Position numbers and translations under genes: made by a program. Under the pieces are notes generated by a model, which searched no databases, was not told the DNA's origin, and saw nothing but the letters and a program-made list of their open reading frames with translations. From Epiperipatus broadwayi (taxonomy: Eukaryota; Animalia; Onychophora), in assembly GCA_028023455.1 (NCBI GenBank), contig JAQFVV010000001.1, positions 62,001-126,000 on the forward strand: DNA of 64,000 nucleotides, read 5' to 3'. Each line of letters opens with the position of its first letter. Position 1 is the first letter of the stretch. This document shows, piece by piece, positions 52,291 through 64,000 of this stretch.

Positions 52291-55200
52291 TTAGAGCATC
52301 TCCACAAATTCAATATTAACAAATCTAAAAATTCAGGTTCTATTCTCATAATACCAGAAGAGAAGATAATAATATAACTTGGACATTAATAGTTGAATGT
52401 AAAGTATGAATTATTCTAAACACATATAGCATTCAATATTAGATAATAGATATAGTCTAATCTATAATTACTATGGTGTTAACTATATTCACTTTATCAT
52501 CATTTCCTGGTAGACCTGAGACATGAATATGGCTCAAGATATCCTCCTTTTGCTCACTTTGATTTACATCAAAGAAAAGACATGGATATATCTATATTTA
52601 GAAATAAGTATGGTTGCATAACTTCTAACTAAAAGTCAAGAGTGAATTATGGAGTCATTATTACACAGCCCTCACTATTGGTAAAGAATACATAATATTA
52701 GAATCATATTTTTGTTTTATTTTTTTATCAATACATTAAAACTTCATAATCATGTCATATTGTTTGTGTAAATGGTTATCTTCAAGCTTATAATTTATCC
52801 TAAAAAATGTACAAGTTTTCTACAGTTCAGATTTGATCCATAGTTCTGGTCATAATTGGTCAAATCAATATCCTATATGGTTCTTTACTAAATTCTGAGA
52901 AAGAGCAGATGGCAGTTTTTCTGAAGCCAAAATATTTTGCTTCAATTTCAATTTTAAATCTTGCTCAGGTTTAAGCCCTGATAATTAGAATACAAGATTC
53001 TTTAATAATAATAAAAAATGAAGAGTAGTCACTATTGCCCTATAGGAGCAACAGATATCTATAACCAGAACTAAAATCAGTAATTCATTAGCAAGCTTTT
53101 ATCTGAGGTAGCAAAATATGTAAAAATAATATAATATGAAAATATTTTAAGATAATTCATTTAGAAGAGTTAATATGTGGAATAGTCTAGAACAACAGTT
53201 CCCAACTGCTGGTAGGCAGATGGGTACACAAATGCCAAGTTACCAATACACCATAAGTTAAAAAATAAGATATGTATAACAGATAATTATTTTTTAAAAC
53301 ATTTTTATTTTTTAAAAAATATCACAAAAGTATGATTTGTTAATTTTTTATATCAACAATTTTTTTTTTAAGTATAAAGTAAAAGTTTGATGAAAAATAG
53401 GAATATTTAATGTTTTTACTAGTCCGTGCTTTTTTCTATATGGTAGTACATACAGCCATAAAATCTGTTTGTAATGTTATATCCAGCAGGAATGTATTAA
53501 AAATAATTATAAGTTCTTATTTGTTTTGTGAATTATATAGTGACTTTTATTAATTCTGTGAAGTGCAGACTAATAAATTTTAAAACATTATACATTTAAC
53601 AATTGAGTAGTAATATTAAACATAAGTTTCAAGTAATATTTATTTGTTTTTATTATTTTAATTGTTATTTAAAATAGGAAAATCATTGGCCTAATATAAA
53701 GAGATATTTAGAGCAGGTTCGATGTAGTTATTACAAATCAAAAGAAAATAAATCAGATATGAACAAAGATAAATTATCAACATCAAAATGTAAAGATCGT
53801 TGGATTAAGCAGTATGATCCTGACTATATAAAGTATGTTTTTTCCATGAAATCTGGCACTGAAACTGAACCTATTCATTCCACTGTGTGTTATATGTTTT
53901 GAATGTTTATTAAATGGATGTTTGAAGCCTTCTCTTTTAAAAAGACATATATTACCCTAACATCAAAATTTAAAAGATAAACCAATTGACTTTTTTAAAA
54001 GAAAACTATGTGAATTTTGCTATCAAAAAGCAGTTGTATCTTCTTTCACCAATATTAACACTAATTATGTATTTGCATCATATTTAGAAAGTTTGCATAT
54101 AGCCAATTGAAGTAAAGCACACACAATTAGAGAAACTTTGTTGCCATCAGTAACTAAAGATATTGTGAAATCTGTACTTTGAGAAATGTAGCCAAGGAAA
54201 TTGATAAAGTGCCACTATAAAACAACACAGTAAAAATGTGATTAGATGATATGGCATCAAATATTGAAAATGTTTTAATCAAGAGATTAAGAAAGGCCAC
54301 TTTTATTTATTGCAAGTAGTTGAAAGCACTGACATCTCTAAATTAGGGCAATTACTTGTATATGTAAGATTCAATTTCCTAAATGAAATTCAAGAAGAAA
54401 TATTATTTTGTAAGTCCTTATCTACATAAAAATATCAGATGAAATATTTAAAATAATCAATGATTATTTGATTAACAACAATATAAATTAATACAAATAT
54501 ATTGGAGTTTGCACAGATGATGCTCACATAATGATTGAACAGTTATCAGGTGTAGCACTAGAGCATAAATCTACCCATTGTATAATTCATCGGGAAGTTT
54601 TAGCTACAAAATATATCCCTGCGAATTTAAGATCTGTTCTTAATGAAGCTGTAAAAATAGTTGACTTGATAAAATCAAAAGCTCTTAATTCCCACTTACT
54701 TTCAATTCTATGTAATGAAATGGAAGTGAACATAAAATGCTATTACTTTATACAGAGGTTCGGTGGCAATCACCACAAGGTCCTCAACTGGTTTTTGAGT
54801 TGTGCTCTGAGGAAAATATTTTTCTTATGGATTCAGGAGATTCAATAAAAGATTATCTTACTGATGAGAAATGGTTATTTAGACTAGCATACCTATTGGA
54901 TTTAAACATGAGTTTGTAGGGAACTAACAATTCTCTGTTTGGCCTTAGCAATTAAAAATCAATTACCATTTCTTAAAAAAACAAATTGAAAAAAGGAATT
55001 TCATTGCATTTTCCACCCTATATAATTTTTCAGAAGAAAACATTTTATCAATTACAGAATGTGTCATTAATGACATGCAAGACCATTTAAAATCTTAGTG
55101 TGATTGTTTTCAAAAATATTTTACAAAAGATTTTAGCTCAAAGTTGGATTCACAATCTCTTTGTATTTACAGAGGAGGTTCTAGAGAATGTAATTGTGAA

Positions 55201-58059
55201 AGAATCTTTTAAATTGAAATTTTTGGCTATCTACTCAGAATATCCAGAACTCTCAACAAACATTAAAATTTTTAATGCAGTTTTCTGCTATGATTGTGTT
55301 AAAAAACAAATATGGAGATTTGCTCAATATTGAATCAGATCCTCACCTTAAGCTGAACAAAATTGAACAGATATTTCTAATCTTGTTAAAAATAAACAAG
55401 TACAAATCGCATACTAATTAAAATAATTTGTTACTACCCAAAGAGTATTAACCAATTTTACTTTTGTGATATTTATATTCAAAAATATTTTTTCATTTTC
55501 TATATTTTTATATCGTATAATTTTTATTTTGTGATATATATGCTCAAATTTTTTCTTTAATGTTTTATATTTTTACACTGTATAATTATACTTAAAGTAT
55601 ACCTCTCACTAAATGTGTTGCAACCTTTTATGTTATATAGGTCTGTTATATGGCACACAATAATATACTGTGTGTGCACAAATATATATAAAGTTGAAAG
55701 GAAAAGTAGAAATAAACACAGGCATAAATTTTTGTAAATATTTTTTACATTTCACTTGGAATAATAATGACTGTAAAGGCTTAAATAATTCTGAATTTAA
55801 AACAAAAATTTATTATAAATTAAAATATTTAAAAAGGTCTAAATAAATTAATATTGTAATTCTGATTTTGAATTTAAAAACAAGCATGATTTATTTTTGA
55901 AATAATACTTGTATACATTTTTAAAAATCTTTGTAGATTAAAAATTCCAAAGGGTTGAAATAAAAACATGTAGATCACACTTTTGGTAAAATTTCAGAGT
56001 TGCTCCCAAAAGTAGCTTGTAATTAAAAATGATTTGAAAAGATTAAAATTGATTTTAATCAAAATAAAGATTGGACAGAAAAAACTGTTCTCAGTTACTG
56101 TGTTTTTATCACCTCAAGATTAAAAAGGATTAGACAGATTGAAAACAGCCTGCAATGGTGTTTTTATCATCTCAGATGATTCAATAAAAGGGCTGATAAA
56201 GAAATATCAGTTCAGTTTGGCTTGCAGTTTTTGTAAGAGCTGGCCAGAAGTCTGGGTTCTATTTTGAGAAGCAGTGGCCAAATAGGCCAGCTGCATTGTT
56301 TGGATAGTATTTTTAAAGACAGTTCTTGTCTTAATATTTTTGTGAAAAAGAATAGCTAGCTGCAGAGTTAGCTAGCAAACTTAGACAGAGCTCCCATGAA
56401 GATGTAGTTGAAGTTCAATAGTGAAGTTTGAATTCACATGAAGAAAATGACCCACTTCTTTGTGTTAAAATTCATAGTCTTAAATGTGTTCTGGAAAACA
56501 GTTTGCTGGCCTGAAGCTCATTAAATTCTAGACAGTAGGGAACTCATGGAATGCCAACTTATCTAATTAAACTCCTGATTATGACTATCCTAATCTATAT
56601 CTGTCTCACCAAAACCAATTCACAAAGAGAAGCACAGATAAATGTATATACAATGGTTAGTAGCATTATATATAATGAGAATGAAATTTTAAATAAATTT
56701 CTTTGGTAAAAAAATCTACATATTTTAAAGGATAAGAAGTAAATAATTTTGCTTGAATTGAATTGGAATATGATTGATTCATAGATAATTTATTTTGAAA
56801 AAGAAAAAAGACTTCAAAAATCTTTTTTAGATTAATTTAAAGATGTAATTTTTATGCTGTGACCTGTCATAAAAAAAAACTTTTGAGTTACCTGTCAAAA
56901 AAAAAAATTGACTATTTTTTTTTTAAAAAAAAGATGGAAAAAAAAATATTTTTATTGTCTGAAAAAAAAAAGAGATTAATTCATATCATTTATATGTTCA
57001 TAGATACACATGTATATGTGAATTTTATGTATAGTTTTCAAATTGAATTAATTATGAAATATATTTTTAATAACTTTCTTATTTTGATAAATTCAAACAT
57101 GTTCATTTTATATTAAATCACATATCTGTATGTTGTCTGGTTTTAAAAATGCCTATTGGAACATATATGTAAATCTATGTAATAACTTGAATTTTGTAAA
57201 TCACAATATAATAATTTTTTATAGTATGTTAATCAAAATCAGAAGGCTTAATTGATATGCATAGCCTTATTCTAGTCCTTAATATCATTTTTTAATATTG
57301 TTATTAATAAATTTGAATTCAATTGTTAAAATTGTAATATTGCATCATCTCTTGGTCACCATAACAATTATAGAGCTTCTGTTCTTCTGAGCTAGATTCA
57401 TGTATAGTGGTTGATATATAAATGAGGATGTATTTTAGTGCTTATGGGCATCCAGATGATTGATTGATATTTCTTGGAATAGCACCAAGATTATAATCTT
57501 TAAAACCCTCCACTACATTTTATTTTATTTTAGTCTTATTCGAAATTAAGTTTATATTTGGCCAGTACAAGTGGCTAGAGCATTGATGATGGTCAGCATG
57601 TTTTAATGTCCTAGCATTATTATTATTTTTTTTTTATTATTATGAATTCTGATGGATGAGCATTTAGTTTGTGTCTCCAAATTATGTTAAAATAATTGCC
57701 CAAGCTGGCAAAGGCTCAATAGTTAATCTGGTCTACAGAAGACCCATTTCCAATCCAGTCACAAGATGGACTATTGATTTTATTCTGATATAGTTTGATT
57801 GATGGATCATTCATGGATGGTTATTTAATTTGAGTAGCACTCATACTTACTTATTGATAATGCTGGGGGATTTATAATTATACTTGTAGTTGCTCTGAGG
57901 AGTAACTGGTTGATCTCACTGAGATCTCATGCCCTTCTTTAATATATAAAATTTCTTACTTTAACATTTTTTTAATAATATCTCAGTTTAAAATTATTTT
58001 AATATTTATTTATTATACTTTGAAATATTTTTTGCCCATCTACCCCATCTTGTTACAAT

Positions 58060-58975
58060 ATATATATATTGTAATTAAAATAGGCAATACTCACTATACG
58101 TATTGCCACTCACTGCAAGCTAGAGTAATCAATGGATGCCAGAAGGCTTGTGCATAAAATCCCCATCTAGGGCCTACTCATCCAATATCCCCAGACTGGT
58201 TTCTGGCTTGTGACCTTCGTCAGTGAGGAGCCTTGGATCTGAGAGCACTGCACCTAGACCTCAGGATCAAATGCAACCCTCCAGCAGCCACCTTTTATCT
58301 CTATTTAACTACAAAACTATGAGTCTTAAACTGAAAACATCTTAATATTTTCAATCCAAGCTCATTAGCTTTTATAGTCTGGGGATATTGGATGAGTAGT
58401 CACTAGATGGGAATTTTATGCATAAGCCTTCTGGCATCCATTGGTTGGTTACTCTAGCTTGCAGTGAGTGGCAATACATAGAGTTTTGCCTGTTTTAATA
58501 ACAGTTATAAGCAAACATAAGAAATGGTGATCATGTGATGTTTATTGGCTTAAAACTAATCCTGCCAAAGAACCAATGACACCAAAATGTATGGGTACTG
58601 AATTGAGTTCAGACCTATATGACTAAAAGCTAATGAGCTTGGATTGAAAATATGGCATTTTCAATTTAAGACTCATAGTTTTGTAGTTAAATAGAGATAA
58701 AAGGTGGCTGCTGGAGGGTTGTATTAGATGCTAAGATCTAGGTGCAGTGCTCTCAGATCCAGGATTCCTCACTGACGAAGGCTACAAGCCAGAAACTAGT
58801 CTGGGGATATTGGATGAGTAGGTACCAGATAGGGATTTTATGCACAAGCCTTCTGTCATCCATTGATTACTCTAGCTTGTAGTGAGTGGCAATACGTATA
58901 ATGAGTTTTGCCTGTTTTAATAACAGTTATAAGCAAGCATAAGAAATGGTGTTCATGTGTTGTTTATTAACTTAT
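58060..58975. repeat. Young family A hammerhead repeat: minus arm 58060-58375 and plus tandem arm 58376-58975 (422-nt monomer)
   Basis: AGTC^TGGGGATATTGGATGAGTAG has cut positions 58379 and 58801. HHR motifs at 58180-58238 (-) and 58757-58815 (+). Confidence 0.92.
58757..58815 (+). ncRNA. Minimal type I hammerhead motif, family A
   Basis: ATCC aggat TCCTCA CTGACGA A GGCT aca AGCC A GAAA CTAG TC^TGGGGA tatt GGAT. Stem III is the palindrome ACTAGT, and stem I has an internal loop. Confidence 0.8.
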
Positions 58976-59139
58976 ATTGTTATAAAATGCTATGATACAT
59001 AAATAAATAAAAACAATTATATTCCATCATATATACATTTGAAAAATTTGTAACTACTAGTATACCATCAACTTGCCTAAAATTCAATGGTACTTTATTC
59101 TAAAAAGGTTGGGAACTGCTGGTCCAGAGTAAAATGAAA

Positions 59140-59440
59140 AAGTCAGTAATGAAATATAATTGAAGTGACAGAAGAGATAAAATCTCAGTTATAAAATGAG
59201 ATTTTGGTATTGAAACAATATAAAGTATTATTAGGATAAATGACTCACGAAATGTAGAAATTTATCAAAAAAAACTAATAATACAAAAACAGGAAACAAA
59301 ATAGCCCAAACAATAATGACAATCTCATTTGAAATGCTACACATTTTAAATCAAAAGGTGGAGCATGTAACTAAATCTATGAAGAATAGATAAGCTCCAG
59401 GAAATGATGAAATTATTATGGATATTTTAATTATAAATAT
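59140..59440 (+). mobile_element. LINE (RTE-like) RT N-terminal fragment
   Basis: Translates as ...TKSMKNRxAPGNDEIIMDIL (KAPGxD motif). Confidence 0.55.
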
Positions 59441-60868
59441 ATATGCGTCTCACTAATTGGAACACCAATTAGTGCAATGAAAATCAATCTGAAATAAGAT
59501 CAAATTGAAATAAATATTGAAGAGTAGAATATATTTTCATATTTGTAAAGTTGCTGATATGCATATGTTTTAAATTACAGTGTTTATCATCACTATTTTT
59601 AGTTATTTACCAAAAGACAACATCTTCAACCAAATCAAATCTAGCCAAACTTTTCCATCTCAATTTTTTTAAATATTCAAATATTACCTTCTTTAAAATC
59701 TATGAACATTATTTTTTTCCTATTTTTTTTTTTTATCTGCAAACAATTATTTATAATACATTTTAAATAATTTCCTTGATTTGAAGAACATTCTCAATCT
59801 AATCCCCACCCCCTCATAATTTTCATAATAAATAATTTTATTTTACTCATTTTCTTCAATGCTTCTGCATTACTAAATTTGTCTTTCCAATATATCTTTT
59901 ATTTTGGAATCCATATATTATGAAAATTTAATGTATTCCAAAATAAATCCAAAAAAAAAACAAAAAGAGAAGGGGGGGAGGAAAGAAGAAAAAGAGGGGG
60001 GGGGGGGGGGGAGGGAAGGAAGAAGAAGAAGAGAGGAGAGATAAAAATTGGAGAGACCCCCTCCCCCCAGGGGATGGATAATGGTGGATAATGATGATGA
60101 TGATGATATTTAAGCTTCCAATCTTTTGTCACTTAATTGTTCACATTTTTACTCCTTGTAAAATAATACTCCAAATAAAATATTTAAGAAGTAGCTGTAA
60201 TTCTTATTAAAATTTCTTTATTGTTGTTTTTATTAACAATTATTCAAATATCCCCAAAAACATTAACTTGGGTCATACCTTCCTTCTTAAAGTTTTTACA
60301 GCTATTTTTATTGTTTAGTTTTGTTTCAATTGATTTTTATCCTAATCTTGTACAAGTTCTAATAATTATTCATAACATTTTGTTACGGCCATTCCTGATA
60401 CCCACAATTACTACCATATTAGCAAACCTGATAAATTTTTTTAATGAATGCATCACAGAAGCAAGCCAATTAAACATTTTGAAAGAATAGATTTATCTCA
60501 TGGTGCGAACTTTGTTTTCATATGATGTTGTCATCTCTCAAACTGTGAATGCTTTAATTCACATAGCCTATATAGACAAACTTTGTTTTGAGAAGCATAA
60601 AGATATCCATCTTTCATAGTCTTCTTAATCATCTGATATAAATATTACTGAACCTCTATTGATCAATCTTGAATAAGGGAAATTAATATTATCCATAACA
60701 TATCTCAGAGAACTTAAAATCTTTTCTGTGAGAGCATTCTCTAGCCTTTGTAAAAATATTTATAAAGTTCCATCTCTCATAGAATTCAGTCAATTGTTGA
60801 TATAAATGATGGCTTTATACTATATTCATAAAGATATCATGAATTTTCATGTTACATTATTCAACTTT

Positions 60869-61216
60869 TACCATATAATACTAAATTGTCCAAGCACTTT
60901 ACTACTGTTACACAATACTTTATTTACCACCCTTTCTTACAATTTACAATTTTGATTGCCCCAGAAATCTTCAGAACTTTATATCTCCTAACCTCAACTG
61001 TTACAATCAAATTTTATATCTCCTAACCTCAACTGTTAAAAATTTGATTGTAACAGTTGAGGTTAGTTCTGAAGAAGATTGCTGGGGCAATCGAAACTGA
61101 TTGTTTGATATAAAGTTTTGAAGAAGAATTGAAACTTTAAACTGTAAGAAAATGGTGGTAAATAAAGCATTGTGTAACAGTAGTAAAGTGCTTGGACAAT
61201 TTAGTATTATATGGTA
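60869..61216. repeat. Foldback (about 100-bp outer arms, internal duplications) containing an HHR-like core (family D)
   Basis: taccatataatactaaattgtccaagcacttt... is inverted at 61130-61216. At 61069-61096: CTGAAGA A GATTGC tggg GCAATC GAAA. Confidence 0.65.
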
Positions 61217-62079
61217 TACATTTGGTAATGCAATAAGAAAGAGTAATTATTATTCAACTATTGGGTATTCATCAGTGAAATCATGATTTCATTTCAGATT
61301 TGATCATAAGAGGAGATTATAAGCATATATTAATACTTCCAGTGAGATTGATCTTAGACATATCCAATTTCTACATTATATTATCTTCGAAGCATAATTC
61401 CATCTTATTTTTAATATGCTATCACATATAATATATACTAAATTAATAAGCAATTGAAAATTATCACTAGAAATCCTTATATACATATGTATGTGATGTA
61501 AACAAAGAAAGGAATGGGGTTATTTCCATGTAATATCTAGAGAAATTTGTTGACAGTCTTTAAGCTAAACATTTGCTCTAATAGTCTTAGCTTTTTTATC
61601 ATATGATTATTTAGAAATAAAAAGAACTATTTTGTGCTATTCGATCAAATTGTTTAACTTAAACTTATAACAATTGATAGTCACTGCTGCTAAAAAATTT
61701 CTCTTATCCTTACATGAAATTAATCTGACTCATTTCTTTGTTACATTAATTCATTAAAATATTTAATTATATATCTATATTTATCTTACAATTGCCATAT
61801 TTAAACACATTCACAAAAATCTTTCTTTAATAAATGCCACAATCTATATTTTTTTAAATTTTAGATATACACTTTAAACTTTATTAATGGTTAAATGTAT
61901 TTACAATTCTTTATATATATGCACAACAATTTCCTCATATTAACTTCTTTCTGCTCATATGCAATATCTTATATTTAATGGTTATAAAAACCTTTGTTAA
62001 TATTGATATAACAAAATTCAAGCATACATATATAGATATTAGTAAATAAATAGTCATATATCATATGACTTAATTTGAT

Positions 62080-62240
62080 AAGCTTGTAATTAGAACTAAA
62101 AGATCCAGATAATAGCTTTAAAAAGCTTTATCGATAAATGCCACATGAGAAAGCATTTAAAATCTCTATCTAGAAATTATCCCCAGCTCCAGGCCAGTTT
62201 CTAGCTATTGGCTTTCCTCAGTGAGACATTAGGATATTTC
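62080..62240 (-). repeat. Partial family-C-like repeat with an A-type hammerhead motif
   Basis: The flank gctttatcgataaatgcca...aaagcatttaaaatctctatct matches family C. The reverse complement motif reads GTCTCA CTGAGGA A AGC caata GCT A GAAA CTGG CC^TGGAG. Confidence 0.6.
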
Positions 62241-62429
62241 AGTCATGTTTTATGAAATATCTAATGCTTAAAATAAAATACTCTCAAGTTAAAGCTTTAA
62301 AAAATATATAATAATAATAATTAGCCTAATAAAAATGATTAATAATAATTTATGTATATATTTAAATATGATTTTTTTTAACTAGTGCTTGCTAAAAAAA
62401 TTGCATGTGTTTTTTAAATTCATGCAGTT

Positions 62430-63070
62430 TACAATATAGACTCCAATGTGCTGCTGCTGTGACAGAGTTTTTCATCAAAGCAAGTAGTTGCTGCAACTAA
62501 GTTAATTGGTGAATAGAGCTGCTATTTTATCTAATTAATGTACTATATGGAAGTGAGACTTATGCATCCTACTGATGCATTATAAAGATATTAAGAATGT
62601 TTTATTGAAGGATGCTCTGTAAAATTTTAAACATACAATAATAAGTTTGAAAAAGCTAATCAAATTGTTCTTCAATTTGCTGGATGTGATACTATAGAAT
62701 CCATTATTGTAAAATCACCCCTTTATTGGATTGGACACATGAAACAAATTACCAATGCAATATTTCCTAAAAGTGGTGTTTAATAGTAAACTTGATCGTG
62801 ATTTTCATGGGAGAGGTAGACCCCTCTGTGTTATAAAGATTATCTCAAAAATATTTTAAAGAAATGGAATATTGATTGTTTTCATTGAGAAGATGTGGAA
62901 GAGGATAAAATATATTGGAGAGCTGTAGAAAGAAAAGTTTTCTGCTTAAGAAATTAAAAGACGTCATCACAAAATATCAAACAAATAGAAAAATGGACCA
63001 GCATGTTTTCTACATAGATGTATGTATGTCTCACGAATTGGTTTGTGTAGTCATTGCAAAATCCATTTCT
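62430..63070 (+). mobile_element. 3' fragment of a BovB-like RTE LINE
   Basis: LLYGSET-like, WIGHM, GRGRPxxxYKDYLK motifs and a terminal SRIGLxSH-like motif; same family as 34500-35060. Confidence 0.75.
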
Positions 63071-63692
63071 AGAGTAGTTTCTTTTCTTTACTTAGAGTTG
63101 GAATGGCTGTACTTGTTTCTGAGTGATTACTGCATGTATGTATTTATATCAAATGAATACAGTCCAATAGGGTGTGATGATTGTAGTTTTAGGAGGCTTA
63201 ATATTATTGGAATCACTTGTTTTAGTTATAAATGCATATTAAGAGCTCTCAACTGTTTTTTCAATGTCTACAATTTTGTGTTTAAATGAGAGAGAATCTT
63301 TTTATTTTTCTGGAAATGTACACATATGCACATATATATTTATGTATGCAAAAATTTATAAGTAATACATATATCCTTGCATTTATATTTGCATATATAT
63401 AATTCTGGATTATATAACCAATAAATTTATTGCATAGCAATAATTATTCTGATTATACTGATCCATGTGACCAAATACGTTTATCAAATTTCATGATAAT
63501 GATAAATACATTTAAAATTTATGTGAATTATACATATATATATATAATGAATTTGAAATAATTTATTTTTATTATTTAATCTTGGCAATTTGTAATCAAA
63601 TTTCTTTTTTTTTTTAATTAGAATATTTTAATGAAGGCAAACTTTTTTAACCTATTTAAAATTATTTTGATTTTTTTTATATATATAATTAG

Positions 63693-63805
63693 CGACTCAG
63701 TTTGCCTTAGAAATGGGTTTTAAAGAAGAAGATCTTCACACCAATGCTTCCATTGATATGTGGAAAAAGTGGCTTGCCAACAAGTGCCAGCCAAACTTTA
63801 GGCAG
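63693..63805 (+). CDS. AGA: AGA exon equivalent to human exon 4
   Basis: attag acceptor and gtgagg donor. 113 nt encoding (A)[37 protein letters not shown]; compare human ATTFAQSMGFINEDLST...WLARNCQPNYWR. Implies introns of about 9.6 kb (20132-29743) and 33.8 kb (29857-63692). Confidence 0.95.
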
Positions 63806-64000
63806 GTGAGGTCACTGACCTTTCATAGATAAGTTGAGTAGACTCTTTTACTAAATAAAATAAAAAATTGTTTTTCTAATTCTAAATCAATTAATAAGTT
63901 ATAGTTATTGGTAAAAATCATTAGCTTTGTTTAGAAAAATATTTAATATTTTCATTATCATAATAGAAAAACAACAATTTTTAAAACAATATTATAGAGA

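Larger units (their letters stand above)
53193..59121 (+). mobile_element. Decayed hAT transposon of Buster/Charlie (ZBED5-like) type with nested insertions
   Basis: TIRs CAACAGTTCCCAACT (from 53193) and GGTTGGGAACTGCTG (to 59121). TSD GTCTAGAA / GTCCAGAG (6 of 8 match). Transposase remnants 53750-55420: YDPDYIKY, KPSxLKRH, ESTD, THCIIHREVLA, VLNEAVKIVDLIKSKALNS, EKWLFRLAYLLD. Confidence 0.9.

Noticed and set aside
56060-56650. LTR-like block inside the hAT element
   Set aside because: No second LTR, TG...CA ends, PBS or TSD could be established.
59899-60132. ORF with His, Pro and Phe runs, and a G-rich tract
   Set aside because: It is the antisense reading of a purine/poly-G tract and a (GAT)n RTE-like tail; it is low complexity and possibly low-quality sequence.

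Overview
Very AT-rich, CpG-poor animal genomic DNA; the species cannot be determined from the sequence. The only host gene I can support is a + strand glycosylasparaginase (AGA). Three exons are present (19975-20131, 29744-29856, 63693-63805) with phases and boundaries like human exons 2-4; exon 1 was not found and the downstream exons lie beyond the window. The rest is intronic or intergenic DNA full of decayed transposons: RTE-clade LINEs, Penelope-like elements, a Buster/Charlie-type hAT with TIRs and TSD, a hAT MITE, and other TIR and foldback elements. The main finding is a dense set of about 310-450 nt non-coding repeats carrying minimal type I hammerhead ribozyme (HHR) motifs (stem I - CUGANGA - stem II - GAAA - tiny near-palindromic stem III - NUH). 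They fall into at least three sequence families (A, B/B', C) plus a weaker family D, with about 20 motifs in total. Most loci are tandem copies plus a head-to-head inversion, and some junctions fall at the predicted cleavage site. They resemble metazoan non-LTR retrozymes, and Penelope-like remnants in the same window carry a similar motif. Ribozyme activity, circular RNA production and Penelope-driven mobilisation are inferences and have not been tested. All alignments and folds were done by eye, so element boundaries are approximate unless a TIR or TSD is quoted.
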